A stretch of DNA of 64,000 nucleotides from Nymphaea colorata (GCF_008831285.2 NC_045138.2:17546001-17610000), one strand, 5' to 3'; counted from the stretch's first letter, positions 1 to 12,367 are shown. Numbers and translations: made by a program. The notes: generated by a model from the letters alone, not told the origin.

Positions 1-330
1 ACCTTCAGGTTTGGCTGGCTACAGGATCCTTCCTGACAAGTCTCCCCCATTATTAACAGGTCAAGCTTGTCTTCAAGTTGCCTTCGTAACTTCTAGTGGT
101 AGAAAGTTGGTCGCCTTTCTGTTTACAGACACGAAAGGTCTACGTCTTGACCAAGGAGTACAGTAGTGGGAGGATATCAATGACCTACCTGAAGACACCA
201 TTCTCCGACAGCGCTTGATGGGTGGTGGCTTGGACAGGTTTCAGAAGATTTTGCTGATTTCTAACAATATGGCAAAGCATCTACGGCAACATCTTTCACA
301 GGGTGCAAATTCTGCAAAACAACAACCTGC
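1..330 (-). mobile_element. Possible decayed 3' end of a Ty3/gypsy LTR retrotransposon (pol end, polypurine tract, start of 3' LTR running out of the window)
   Basis: Minus strand reads CTTGAAGACAAG (LEDK, typical end of chromovirus pol), then ATGGGGGAG (PPT-like), then TGTCA starting at 38 (LTR-like TG start). No intact ORF. Confidence 0.3.
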
Positions 331-1389
331 ATATGATATTTTGTCTCTTGTAACCCAAGCTATGTAAATCTGGTTCTTTCAACTTTTGGTTTCAACTTGG
401 TTTGTTTTTTTCCTGGCTCGCTCTAGCTCTTAAGTTAGAGTGACTGCCTATTTTTACTATATATATTTTTGCTATTGAAATAAAAGGTTAAGGGGCCTTT
501 CTCCCGCAGGGTTGTTGCGGAAGTGTCCTTATAAAAAGAGAAAGTAGAGAGAGAGCCTTTTCTTCTCCTTATTCCTATCCCCTTGCTTGTCTTAATAAAC
601 AAATTCCCTTTCTTTATATATATATATATATACCCTTCATGTTTCATCTCCTTTCAGATGAATTCGTTCAGATGAATTCGTGGAGATGATTGATTGACTG
701 AGTAGGGTTTCAATATTTTTTGGAGATTTTTGGTCACTTTAGCCATTTTTGGTTGCTTTCTTCCTTATTAGGGTTTTCCTTTTCGGAGATTTTGATTGAT
801 TTATCGGGTTTTGTTTTTGTTTTTTTGTGCATTGGCGTCTAAAACTTTAAAAATTACATTTTCTGAATTCAGGAACCTCGCCATATTTCAGCTTGTATAT
901 CAGTGTCTTATTTTTGCAGCAAGATGATTGATGCCATAGGAATTTGAGATCCGACCACCTATTATGCCGGCCCCGATTTTTGCCCAACCCTTTTGGCTTG
1001 TACTATTTCTATAGGTAATTTTTTTTTGTTATAAACTAATTAAAAGGAAAAATAAAGCTTTTTTTACAAAATGAACATACAAAGAATTTTAATTTACTCT
1101 AGCAGGCCTCATATAATAACTGGATTTAAATGCAAGTTCAAAAAATGTCTCTAGGAGGCGCAGAATCCCCATTAAAAAATATTTGTTATGTTGTGTTACT
1201 TTTAAATTTTTTGCCCTTTTTCTGACTGATATTTTAATTTTTTAATATTTACCTAATTGGTACAACTCAAACCTATTGAAAAGAACAGTTCATTAGTGAA
1301 AGTAATGTTCGGGAATTGAGTATGCAGTTTGATCTCAATTTAGTATAACACATAGTGGGGTGCTTATCATCAACTATTCTTTTTCAATT

Positions 1390-2320
1390 GGTTTTTTTTT
1401 ACACCAATTTAGAACTCAGGCAAGTTTCCATCGAGAAAGTGTTGATATGGTCAGCATTTCTTCTTTGTTCTTGTTCTTCTTTTGGAGATTTCCGTTTTAG
1501 ATCTTTGCAGAGGCTTTTCTAACCATTGAAGCTATTGAAGACAAGTTGTTTTTTTCTTTGTTGTGCCGAAAAATGTTTCAAATAATTATAGCTTATGCAA
1601 GCACCATATGTTAATGTCTTTTATTTCTATACAAAAAAAAGTATCAAACATAAGCTATAGTTGTTTGATATTTTTTTTATAGAAATAAAAGATATTAACG
1701 TATGTATGGTATTTGCATAAGCCATAATTATTTGAAACATTTTTCTTTGATGCATTCGTTCTTTATTATTTTGCTATGCATTGCAAGATGGTCGCTACTT
1801 AAACCATTTTTATCAGAAGTCGTGCTCATCTTTTGCATGTATTTGAGTAATTTTGCGTATCTTTCTTCTCAGTAGTGCAACTAGCGTGTCAACCATGTCA
1901 CTGGCACTGGCTTCTTTGGGTTCTACGAGTTGCTTTAGTTGTGCGACACAAGAAAAAGAAAAAAACAACTTGTCTTTGATAGCCTCAATGCAGTGGAGGA
2001 GCAAGAAATTTTTAGCTATGGGCACTGATATAAAAATTCTTATTTTTCAAGGGACACAACATATGTAACTAAGTAAATATTTGTAAGGAATTTATGTAAA
2101 AACATATAAGAATAAATAAAAATTTTGTTGCTGGCGTGGGCAACTGCCCACGCCAGCCTATATGTAGTTAGGTTACTGTTTCAATGGTTGAAAAAGCCTC
2201 TGCAAAGATCTAAAATGAGAATCTCCCAAAGAAAAAAAAAAACAAAGAAGAAATGTTGATCATATCAACACTTTCTTGATCTAAACGTGCCTGAGTTCTA
2301 AAATGGTGTCAAAAAAAAAA
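1390..2320. repeat. Long foldback / inverted-repeat element (possibly Mutator-like MITE)
   Basis: 1401-1530 is the reverse complement of ~2180-2310; 1531-1567 pairs with ~1943-1983; 1569-1743 is a near-perfect internal palindrome (AAAAATGTTTCAAATAATTAT...ATAATTATTTGAAACATTTTT). Confidence 0.85.
1991..2178. mobile_element. hAT-like MITE inserted into the right arm of the foldback
   Basis: Termini CAGTGG.../...TTACTG. Flanking 8-mers CCTCAATG (1983-1990) and TTTCAATG (2179-2186). The left arm has a single CTTCAATG equivalent (empty site). A related 3' end occurs at ~41660-41718. Confidence 0.7.
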
Positions 2321-2418
2321 TCTGAATGCAGTTTTGCCTTTTCTTTTTTATATGGAACAATATTCAGACACGCAGTCATATTGGCCGTTTTGTCCGTTCA
2401 AACCTTTTGTTTCTTTAA

Positions 2419-3514
2419 GGTCCCGTTTGGTCTGGAAATTTAGAATTGAAAAAATATTTCTAAAAATATATTTTTTATAATAAAAGAATATGAATTTTTT
2501 TTTCGATTCTCATTTTGATGTATGTGTGATGACTGAGATTCTTCTTTTGATGAAAAAGAAATATATTTTTTGATGAAAAAGAAATATATTCCTAGAAACC
2601 TTATAAAAGACCTAAATGTAAAAAGAGTTTGAGTAAACTTACAAATAAAAAACAAGAAAGGAATTACTTATTAGACAAGTCAATGGGTTCCAACTTCCAA
2701 GTGCATGAGAGCCAGGTAATCAGAAAATTCTCAGGCATATTGGTAGGCATAAAAAATTTCTACTATGTTGCATAAGCATAAATTGAATGAAGCAAACATC
2801 CATCATTTTCTAAACTATGTGCATATTCACTAGCTCCACACGAATATCCTTAAGAACAAACGTTCAGTATTAGTTAAAACATGAAAAGTGATTTCATCAA
2901 GAATCCTAAAAAAGTAAAAATAACATAAAAGGTCATGTATCTTCACCAAAAGATTATTTGATTCTCAATTGATCTAAAATTGGCCTACATGTGATCATTG
3001 TGAGATCCACACAAATATCTTCAGAATTGCACCAACTTTGCAATTTAGAGGAGGACAGTGAGTAAAGATGGCATACAATAGAGGCACCAATGGTAAACAT
3101 ATATACAATTATCCTCCAAATCTTAATGCCTTAAGTTATTTTAATCAAATATACCCATATAAATCACTATGTCTGCTTTGATAAGAATCAACTCCGAGCT
3201 CCTCTGAATAGGACAATACTATGAGAGTGAGAAGGCGAGAGAGGCAACGAGCAGCAGGCGGTTGAGCAAGGGCGAGAGATACGATCAAGGGAGGCGGCAG
3301 CCGCAGGAGGGAGGCAAGATGTGAGCGTGCCCTAACGGGCAAAAAAAAAAACCGGAAATATGTTTCCACCTCTCGCGGTGGAAACATTTTTCCGAAAGAA
3401 AAAATTCCGATTCCAACCTCAACGGTAAAAAGTATTTTTCTACCTTTGATAAACAAGAAAAATTTTAAAATTTTGATTCAGTTACAGTGCTCTTCCAGGC
3501 CATCAAACGGGCCC
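2419..3514. mobile_element. PIF/Harbinger (Tourist-like) non-autonomous element
   Basis: TIRs GGTCCCGTTTGGTCTGGAA and TTCCAGGCCATCAAACGGGCCC, with TAA on both flanks (2416-2418, 3515-3517). Confidence 0.75.
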
Positions 3515-3791
3515 TAAGGGAATTTGATTACGTAAAAATTGCAATTAGAACTTTTTTATTCATCTTGCTGCTAATGTTATGAACAATAGATGTAACTAGC
3601 CCTGGTTTCAGCTCATTTCTCTTACAAACGAAGCTTCCAGAAGCACCATCTCAGCAATTTTTCATGCAGCGGAAGTTCCGCAAAAATATGAACGCAATAT
3701 CAAGAATTTTCTTCGGATACACAAGTATTTGAAACAAGCAAAATAAGTACAACAGACCCTTCATAAGTATGTCCCAAGGGGTTGCGTAGCA

Positions 3792-4001
3792 TAGGGGCGA
3801 AGCCATTAATTTTTTGTCACAGAGGCCAAACTATAGTTTTAAAATTTTAACAAGAGCCGAAATAAAAATTTCGAATTTTTTATATGTATTAAACTAATTT
3901 TTTTTAGATTTGCACATAAATTTTTAATGTTTTAAAAATATAAAGAGGGGGAGAGGGGGTGGGGCCAAGGCCCATGCAGGCTCTCCTTCCCTTTGCCCCT
4001 G
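3792..4001. mobile_element. hAT-like MITE (degenerate)
   Basis: TIR-like ends TAGGGGCGAAG and CTTTGCCCCTG around an AT-rich core; no clear TSD. Confidence 0.5.
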
Positions 4002-5244
4002 CTAGGGTGGTTGTTGTCACGTCTCAATGCGTTATTTCTCTGAATCGTAATAGATTATGAAGTAAGCTCTCTGGAGCCTGCAGATAGTTTATCGTCTCAA
4101 GATGTTGCCTACTACGCGGCCTAGTGTGCGTTCCAGTGCTGCTGGAACGAGAAAATGGATCCATGAACCTAACCAGACACGCTTTATTTGGCTAGAAGTA
4201 ACTGAAGAAATGGGTCAGTTTTTAGGTCGGTTTAGAACAAATCAGACCTCAAATCTGATGCACGCAAACGGGTCGAGCTTTGATCCACGCCTAGTTTTCG
4301 GATCAGCATAGCATACCCATATCCAAAATCGGGCGATTATGTCACCCACGTGGACCAAGTCCAAAGACAACCTGCAGATCCTAGATATGGATCAAGTCAT
4401 GTTGGAAGAGCTGGTCCGTTTCGATTCGTGTTCAATGTTGTGAAAGCTTTTAGATTAAGACCCTTTACCATGCTCGATGAAAGATATCCATTTTCATGGG
4501 CAAACACTCAAATGGATCTCTCTTTCGTGTTTGAATCAGGTTAAGATATACATCAGCTTCGTTATTTATTTCCTTTCACATTGATACAGACATAGACCCA
4601 TTTGTTCACAATATGTGTTTTTAATAAATTAGTTATTTGGTTCAAATTACCAAATAAGAGCACCATTCATCCTCAAACCAGGCTTACTTAGTGAATTTTC
4701 TCTCTCTTAAATAACCAAAGTAGTATCTCATTAGGTTGGGTCAGGAGCACGTGAAGAGGCACATATAGTTTGATTCCTACGGATGCTGTGCATTCGTGTT
4801 TTAAGAGGTGGAGTATGGTACCTAAGTTGAATGGTGCACCACTATTATTATTAGTGCCGATGCAACTCGAAATATCAAAAAGGGAGAACGGGAGGGCTTT
4901 CCGGCTCTTTTTCATTCCGCGAGTCGTAAGCCTCTAACTCCCCTTGAGAATAACCATGGGAATGCTTTTAATGATTTTGACGCTCTTTCTGAAACTCAAC
5001 AAATTGTTTAACTGCAAAGTCAAAGTTCTTGTGGAAAACACACAAATGCAACTAACTAGCAGATACATCTGCCAAAAAGAGAAGAAGAAAATCCAATGAA
5101 CCATGGTTGGCTGATGGGAATTAACTACTAGCAAATAAAAAACAGAATCCAGTCTTCAGTGAAGAGAATGGAAGATGGAAGGGCATTAGAAAGGACTTCT
5201 CGTCATCCCTTTTAGGCATAGAGATTCATGGATTAAGTCGCAAG

Positions 5245-5523
5245 CGTAGTCAGTAATAACGTCTTGAAATTTTAAACGGCAAGTGAGAAACTAATAACAC
5301 AAACATCAAAAGATAAATAGATTTGCAACATATAAAAAATAGAAAATAAAAAAAACTATTTTACATTAAAAAACTAAAAAAAACTAAAAAAATACAAAAA
5401 ACGCATTGAAACGTGTTTTTTTTTTTCTTAACGTTTTTCCCCAAAACATGTTTTTTTAAAGCTTTAAACAACTAGTTAATTTATCACGTTTTTTTCGAAA
5501 AAATTGTGTTTTCTTTTACTATG
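5245..5523. mobile_element. hAT-like MITE with perfect 8-bp TSD
   Basis: GTCGCAAG is directly repeated at 5237-5244 and 5524-5531; ends CGTAGT.../...ACTATG; A-rich/T-rich internal halves. Confidence 0.75.
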
Positions 5524-5613
5524 GTCGCAAGTCCACAAACCCATGGCGTTAGCTTGATATCAGGAGTGACAAAGGTAGATAACCATCCAAACCTCTGTCG
5601 GTAATAGTGCACG

Positions 5614-6600
5614 TAGAGATGTCAATATATCTGATTAGGATCGGATCTCCAATGAACCATTTCAAAAAGGATTAGGAGGCACTTGTATGCCACTTCAAAA
5701 CTTGGTTTTGGAATTGCCTCCAAAACCACTTTTGAAAAGGGTTTGGATGACAAGAAAATGTTGTTTTGTGAAGAAGTGTTTTCACATCCTAGCATCGACT
5801 GGTAGGCGTTGTTGAGTCGTGCGGAAACTCCGATGCGGTAAGCCGCCTCAGAAAATCTGCTCGCACCTTAGCCAAGTCGACCTCGAGCTACCAAGTCCGG
5901 GACTCACTGTCTCTAAGACGACACGAAAAGTCCACTTATAATTTTCAATGAACTTATAACAAGAAGAAAGACTTGCTTAAAAAGATATTTCATGTTCTAA
6001 TTCCATGTCAAAAATTGGAAATCTCATTCGTTTAGAACAACAAAGAACAATTATTCAGGTCCAACAACGAGTTTTCCAACAAGCCTTACAAGGGGATCTA
6101 GGAAGAAAAACAATAACCTGCTTTTAAATAGTGAATGCCTGGTTTTTCACCTGGTCACCCAAACATGCAAACTAGGTTGCAAAAACTCTTTTAGTAACCA
6201 AGTTCCCACAAAACTTGGTTTTTGTAAAACCAAGTTTTAGAGGGTGGCATTCAAACACCCCCTTAATATCTCATTAAGAAATTGGATCACATTCAAATTT
6301 AAGGAATGACATTCTATTGGATTTGGATTCACATATACATGGTCAAATTTCAGATTTGAAACATATTTAGTAAATATCCTATATCTAGTGCTCTTACATT
6401 CTGAAGATTGGTCAAATTCGGTTGAAAATTTGGATTCGGACGTGAATGTAAAAATCAAATTCAGATTGTGAAATTATATTTTAGATTCAAATTCAGATAT
6501 GACTTTTGTTTGTTCATGTTCAAATCCGAACATGTGAATATGTAAGAAAGCTGTTACGGTATTAAAGAGATCTAACGATCAGAATCATAGTCACCACTAC
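5614..6600. mobile_element. MITE (TAGAGATGTC family) interrupted by a Tourist-like insertion
   Basis: Starts TAGAGATGTCAATATATCTGATT. The sequence resuming at 6266 aligns by eye with the copy at 45930-46289 (e.g. ATATCTAGTGCTCTTACATT, GACTTTTGTTTGTTCA). Confidence 0.6.
5675..6262. mobile_element. PIF/Harbinger (Tourist-like) element nested in another MITE
   Basis: ~35-bp imperfect TIRs GGAGGCACTTGTATGCCACTTCAAAACTTGGTTTT and AAAACCAAGTTTTAGAGGGTGGCATTCAAACACCCCC; TTA on both sides (5672-5674, 6263-6265). Confidence 0.75.
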
Positions 6601-7293
6601 CATGCAATCTTTCATTGGTTTGATCTTAGTGGGTATCTGTCTTAGCCCGTGTTTGCACATTGGTGAAACTCATATAAGCTTCATTGGGTAGATTTTTCGA
6701 GATAAACTGTGTCCTTGAAAAGGCCGGGCAATCTTTTTTAGTGAATTATGATAGAAGAGACATGTTATCCCCCATGTATCTGTGTAGACCAAATGTTTTA
6801 TGGGACATAAAGTCTGTGGTTTGGGGCCGATTGACAATAGTTAGACATTATTACTGTCTTATGAATCGACTTTAAAAAAATAAATAAATTCAAGAAACAC
6901 TTGTAGCGATGTTTTTTAAATTTGCTTTGTTTTTAAGACAGATTTATAATACAAATAATAAATTTTTTACGGTCGCCAAACAGCCCCAAAAGCGCCTTAA
7001 TTCATTTCGTGCCCTTAGCTAAATTTTGTAATTGAACATACAAAATTCATGGGGCAGGATGGGTTTGCCGGGTCAGATATGGATCTCGGATCCTTTTAAA
7101 AGACCCGAAATTTTATATTATCGACTTCCCTCGTCTTTAACAAAGATTTTCCTGGGCAACAAGGTAAATTACTCTTGTCAGGAACGCCATAAATTAGAGA
7201 CCCTAACTTCTCGTATCTCCTCCCTCCAGACCCTAGCGTGAGAGCGGGCGTGCGAGCTAGCGAGAGAGAGAGAGAGAGAGCGAGGGAGTGGAG

Positions 7294-7701
7294 ATGGTGA
7301 AGTTTTTGAAGCAGAACAAGGCCGTGATCATCCTCCAGGGCCGATTCGCGGGCCGGAAGGCGGTGATCGTCCGGCCATTCGACGACGGGACGCGCGACCG
7401 CCCCTATGGCCACTGCCTCGTCGCCGGCCTCCTCAAGTACCCAAAGAAGGTTATCCGCAAGGACTCGGCGAAGAAGACGGCCAAGAAGTCGCGTGTGAAG
7501 GTCTTCATCAAGCTTGTGAACTACAACCACATCATGCCTACCCGGTACACCCTGGACGTCGATCTGAAGGACGTCATCACGCTCGACGCACTCCAGTCCC
7601 ATGATAAGAAGGTCACCGCCGCGAAGGAGGCCAAGGCCCGCTTCGAGGACAGGTTCAAATCCGGGAAGAACAGGTGGTTCTTCACCAAGCTCCGATTCTG
7701 A
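7294..7701 (+). CDS. RPL27: 60S ribosomal protein L27 (eL27), intronless, 135 aa
   Basis: ATG at 7294. [27 protein letters not shown]...YGHCLVAG...[10 protein letters not shown]...[12 protein letters not shown] is the canonical plant eL27 sequence. Telo-box-like AGACCCTA upstream. Confidence 0.98.
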   Translation: MVKFLKQNKAVIILQGRFAGRKAVIVRPFDDGTRDRPYGHCLVAGLLKYPKKVIRKDSAKKTAKKSRVKVFIKLVNYNHIMPTRYTLDVDLKDVITLDALQSHDKKVTAAKEAKARFEDRFKSGKNRWFFTKLRF

Positions 7702-9365
7702 AATCGGCGGTTCATTCCTTTCAGTCCTTTTCATCTCATTTGTTCTTTTTTGGTCGCGGTCTCTGACCCAATATGAGTTAAGACGAACGTTTCCGAACTC
7801 TTCATTGTTTGTCTTTTAGGGTTTGGTGATTACTGTTTAAGATCTGATAGTGTTCTTCTCCTATATCATGATGTCTAGAGATTTTGATTTTTGTTGTCCG
7901 GCTACTTCTATTAAATTGAAGCTTAGATTTTGCTCAGTTAAGATGTGTTCTTATGATGTTATGTTTAGAATGATCAATAGGCGTTAGATTTTAAAGAAAG
8001 AGTCTGGCCGAGTGTCCTAATATTTGGATTTTGGTTCACCGAACGTTAATTCCCATTGTTCTTGTTTAGTTCGATGATCGTGTGCGGCTCTTTTTCTGAT
8101 GTCTTGATGATTCGTTGGGTATTTTGAGTTCCATATTTGTAGAAGTAACTATTTCTAAATGCTGTGAGACTAATCACCGTGCCCCTGAGTTCTTCTTACT
8201 TGTGTTTCTGGTTTTTTTTATCAAACAAAAAAAAACTTCAAAAGATTGTTAGTTTCTCCTGCTGAATGTGTACAATGTTCATATGTTTTCTTCTTTTCTG
8301 GATGAGTGACCCCACGTGTTATATCGCTATAAAGCAATAACTGTGATTAAAAGTTGACGCGGTAATTGGTATTATCGCTTTTCCCTACGTAATTTGTTTT
8401 TTTATGCTATGGACTTATTTTCCAAAAATTGTATGTTCTCCTATAAGGTTTATGCTTGGTTCTCTTTTCTAATAAGAACTTGCCCGCACTTCTAGCAATT
8501 GTCCAAAAGCAACTCGGCTTTAGTGGATTAGTGCCTAACTAGAATTAGATCTTCCAGCTAGAATCATGATGTTTCTGATGTTGAAAATTAATTTCAGCGT
8601 GTTAGATTAAGAAAGACTCAAACTTGTGGGAAGGTGTTTATCTGTATTCTTTTTGTTTTCACTTTTCTCCCAAAGAGCCTGATTTCACTAGCGTAGATTT
8701 GTGGCTCATTGTCAGTTTGTGGTGATAATTTTTTGAAGGAAAAGTCAGTGGATATATAAATTGCAGATGGGGTCATTATCGTTTTGAATATGTTTGTTTT
8801 GGAATTGTGATGGAAGTTGGTTTGGCATTACTGGTAAAGGTGGGAATTGCTTCAAAAGCTGAATGTCGGGGGAACCTGTAATTTTAATCGGTGCCTAAGA
8901 AATTTTGAAGATTGTTGAGGAATAGTTGTTGCTTGGGAAACTGTGAAGCTTTAGGTCATAATTAGGGCTTTCCGGACACCGTTTATTTGTATTAGCCAGT
9001 GATTGTGAAATGGGTTTGATCTTTAGCCTCTGGTGCAATTATGTATATTAAATGGATGATTCATTAAGTGGGCACTTATTGATGCAAAAATGCATTGTAC
9101 CTATAGTTAGCATGCTAATGAGCTGAACTACTAAACTTCTTAAGGAACCATGTGTTTATTTGGTTTTTCTGTTGGTTCGAAGATACCTAACTGGTTTGGT
9201 GAAGAAGTATGTTCTTGAAAAGAAGAGAGATGCAGTTTTCTGAGTTTGATGCTAGTTAGGCTCATTTACTGTTGTTGATTAGCAATGGATATTATGGTAG
9301 TTGATGCTTAGTTAGGATCATTTATGTTTTATTTTCTAAGGTTTGTTTTTGGTAGAGTGAGGAGA

Positions 9366-11410
9366 GGAAACCTGGTTATTCCCTTATTCAATAGGTATGG
9401 TTTCTTACATGGTCTTAGCTTCGTCCGTCGGGTATATCTTATTACATATAATGCGTTCATCATTTTGTAATGTAGTCAGAAGTTGCCTAGTTTCTCAAGA
9501 TACAGACTAGCTTTTAGGGCTGTTTAGGTGCTTAATAACTTGTATGTTTCAGTACAACATCACTTTTCGGGGGACAGATCATTTTGCTACCTGAATAGGT
9601 CTCACGGTCTGGCCCCCCTTTTTTTTTTCTACCTCCTGGTTTGTTGAATTAATGACCTAGAAAAATTGAAATACTTGAAGTCTTTAGTTACCACTTATTG
9701 TCTTGTATTGATTGTTTAAAAAAAATTAGTATTTTGAATACAAGTTTTTCTAGATTGATTGTTTCTTTCCGAGTGACGCCTAGGCACCGATTACCTTTTG
9801 AATTTTGACTACCTAATCTTCGATTTATGGGCGTACGTTGTTAAAGTGTTGCGTTGTCTATCTGATAAAAATTCACATATCGTATATCGAGCTTTTATCT
9901 GATGCCACTTTACATGAATTTTTCCTTTTCTTTCTCATGTCTATTCGACAAGAGTGTAGCTAAGCTGCTACAGGAGGTTGAGATGATTTGTTGCTTCTTG
10001 CCTTGTTGAGTGGCTTCATCATGCGGGCATCTACCTAGACATCATCCAGCCTATTTTCAAGGCGTAGATTGATGAAGGGATGCTTACTGAGGGATCAGAA
10101 GAAAGGTCAATATTCTGATCTCCCAGCAGCCTTTGACATGGTCTTCCTTTGAAGTAATAGCTTTTAATTCAATTTATTTTCACTATTCATTGAAATTGCT
10201 TCCTGAATAGCCGAACTTTGGTACATTCATGGCTCGGTTCAGACGGGAGCATAAACAAAAGTGATTTTCTATGGAAAGTCATCCGGGATTGTTTGAGGGG
10301 AAAGAACGAGATATTTTTCACAGTTCTTTTCCTAGATATATCCGGACATTTACGTTTTGATATTTTATGTACCGTTCTCTTTGTTTTAATTTTTTGAAAG
10401 TTGAAGCCTGGGAATTCCAACCTTTCTTCGTTATTGGTTCCATATTACGCATATAGCATGAAGGGGAAGTTTTCTGTTGCTTTTGATTTACCCTTAATTT
10501 TTGTATTTTCCATTTACTGTTACGTGTTTATGTTGCGCGCCCCGGACGTGAGAGATGATGGCAGCGTCTTGGTCAGGTTCAATCACTTGCGAAATTCAGA
10601 TGATGGCACTTCTCGACACTTAACGCTTCATGAACCGCAGCCTACCTGCTTCGATGTGTTCGGGAGGCTGAATACTTTAATCTTGGGATGGTTTGTTTGG
10701 TTCTTGCCTTGTTGAGTAGCTTCATGATGCGGGCATGTCCCCAACACATCATCCAGCTTAGTTACGAGGCATAAATTGAGGAAGGGATTTCCCTCTCATC
10801 GGCTTATTGAAAGATCACAAACTGTCGGTTTTTTTGGTCTCGATCAGCCTCTGACATCTCCTGGTTAAGTAATCGACTTATATGGTTATGGAATTTGAAA
10901 TTGGACGTTTTGTTTTTTAAAAATGGATCAGACTAAAATAACATCTGGGTCGAAACTGCATTAGATTCCAGTTGGTAGTCACGCTCAGATTCAAATTCGA
11001 CTGTGAAACTGCATGCCAAATATGAAACCCTTAAATAATCGGATTTGCCGTCTTTTGAACAAGACAGTTCTCTTGGTAACCGTGGTCCCTTGACGACTAG
11101 AACTTCATCACTTCGTTTTGTCACGGAACCAGTTTATGTTGTAGATGGAAAATATTCATTTTCTAGGTGCACCAAACCAACATGATCTCGAGTCTTGTTT
11201 TGTCATAAAACCGCATTGAAAGTTGATCGAAACATCGTGTTTGATTGTTCCATGTCTGTGTTTGATGACACACTACCTCGGAACAGAAAGGGAGCCTTCG
11301 GTTTCCTTAAGTTGCCACCAAACACTGTCCACAGAACAGGGGTAACAGGACAGGCAATAGAACAAATGGCGCTGTTCTCTAGTTACCCTTGGAACTCCAG
11401 TGAACAGAAT
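9366..11410 (+). ncRNA. Candidate H/ACA snoRNA cluster (several hairpin-H-hairpin-ACA units)
   Basis: Stems closing just before ACA at 9407, 9912, 10136, 10346, 10854 and 11404. Candidate H boxes: AAACAA (10253), ACACTA (11270), AGATTG/AAATTG in the duplicated unit. No credible ORF. Folded by eye only. Confidence 0.5.
9995..10860 (+). repeat. Diverged dispersed duplication of a ~150-bp structured unit (9995-10141 and 10701-10860)
   Basis: Shared TTCTTGCCTTGTTGAGTRGCTTCATSATGCGGGCAT...ACATCATCCAGC...AGGC...TTGA.GAAGGGAT...GCTTAYTGA...CAGCCTYTGACAT. Confidence 0.9.
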
Positions 11411-12288
11411 TCTTTCAGCTGTTCTTTTATTTGTCATCGTTTAGAAGCAGCTCATCTCCTCCTGTCACAATGATAGTGTTTTTCATAATAAACACGACAA
11501 TGTTCTTCCTGCTTATTCAGACTCACTAATGCTGTAAAATCTTGTGACATGATCTGTTCTCAAGAATGTGATTGTGTGAGCTTCTCTACGTGACAGAACG
11601 TCGGATGCTTTTCACCTCTTGTGACCTACCTGTTGAGGTGTGCAATACTGTAATATATGAAATTTGGATCTTTTAGGTATCAAGCTTGAATTGAATGGTT
11701 GTTCATTGGGAAGTTCCATACGTGAGCTGTGAAATTTGAGTTAAAGGTCAGACCTGTTAAACAAATGTGGAATGCAAGCTTATAGTTTCTAAGAATTGGC
11801 CTTAAATACTTCTTTGATCTCTTTAAGATGCGACAAGGTGAGGTTCAAAACAGACCATATCTTTCTCTTTTCTCTTCCAATTCATTATTGCTTCATCTGG
11901 GTTTGTTTATACTGCTAGCCTATACATATAATTGGTGGCTTAAGGTATGGTTGTTAGGTGACATTGTGTTTGATCATACAACTTATGGGTACTGCAGAGT
12001 GAACTTGATGGCACGAAAGAGGGAAGACGTACCGATTCTTGTTGCTTGATGCAACCCAACTGAAAATCTACAAAGGTAATACATGAATAGGCTTTGGAAG
12101 GTGCCTGAGAGCCCTTGCAATCTATTTCTGGGTATAGATCTTGACCAGAAACCTGAAGCTGTTCTTATTAGTATAGTTGTCAGCAGTACCAATACTGTTT
12201 TTGCCTTTTTGTTGTAACTATAAGATTTTTTTTGTCTAAGTTTTCTTTGTGTAAGAAATATTTTTTGAAATATAAATTATTTTTTTGT

Positions 12289-12289
12289 A

Positions 12290-12367
<78 letters not shown>

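Noticed and set aside
7096..7734. 212-aa antisense ORF over RPL27
   Set aside because: Shadow ORF expected from the high-GC codon usage of RPL27; no recognisable domain.
8074..8130. C/D-box-like motifs (ATGATC...CTGA...TGATGA...TTGA)
   Set aside because: Boxes degenerate, no clear terminal stem, and no rRNA complement I could identify.
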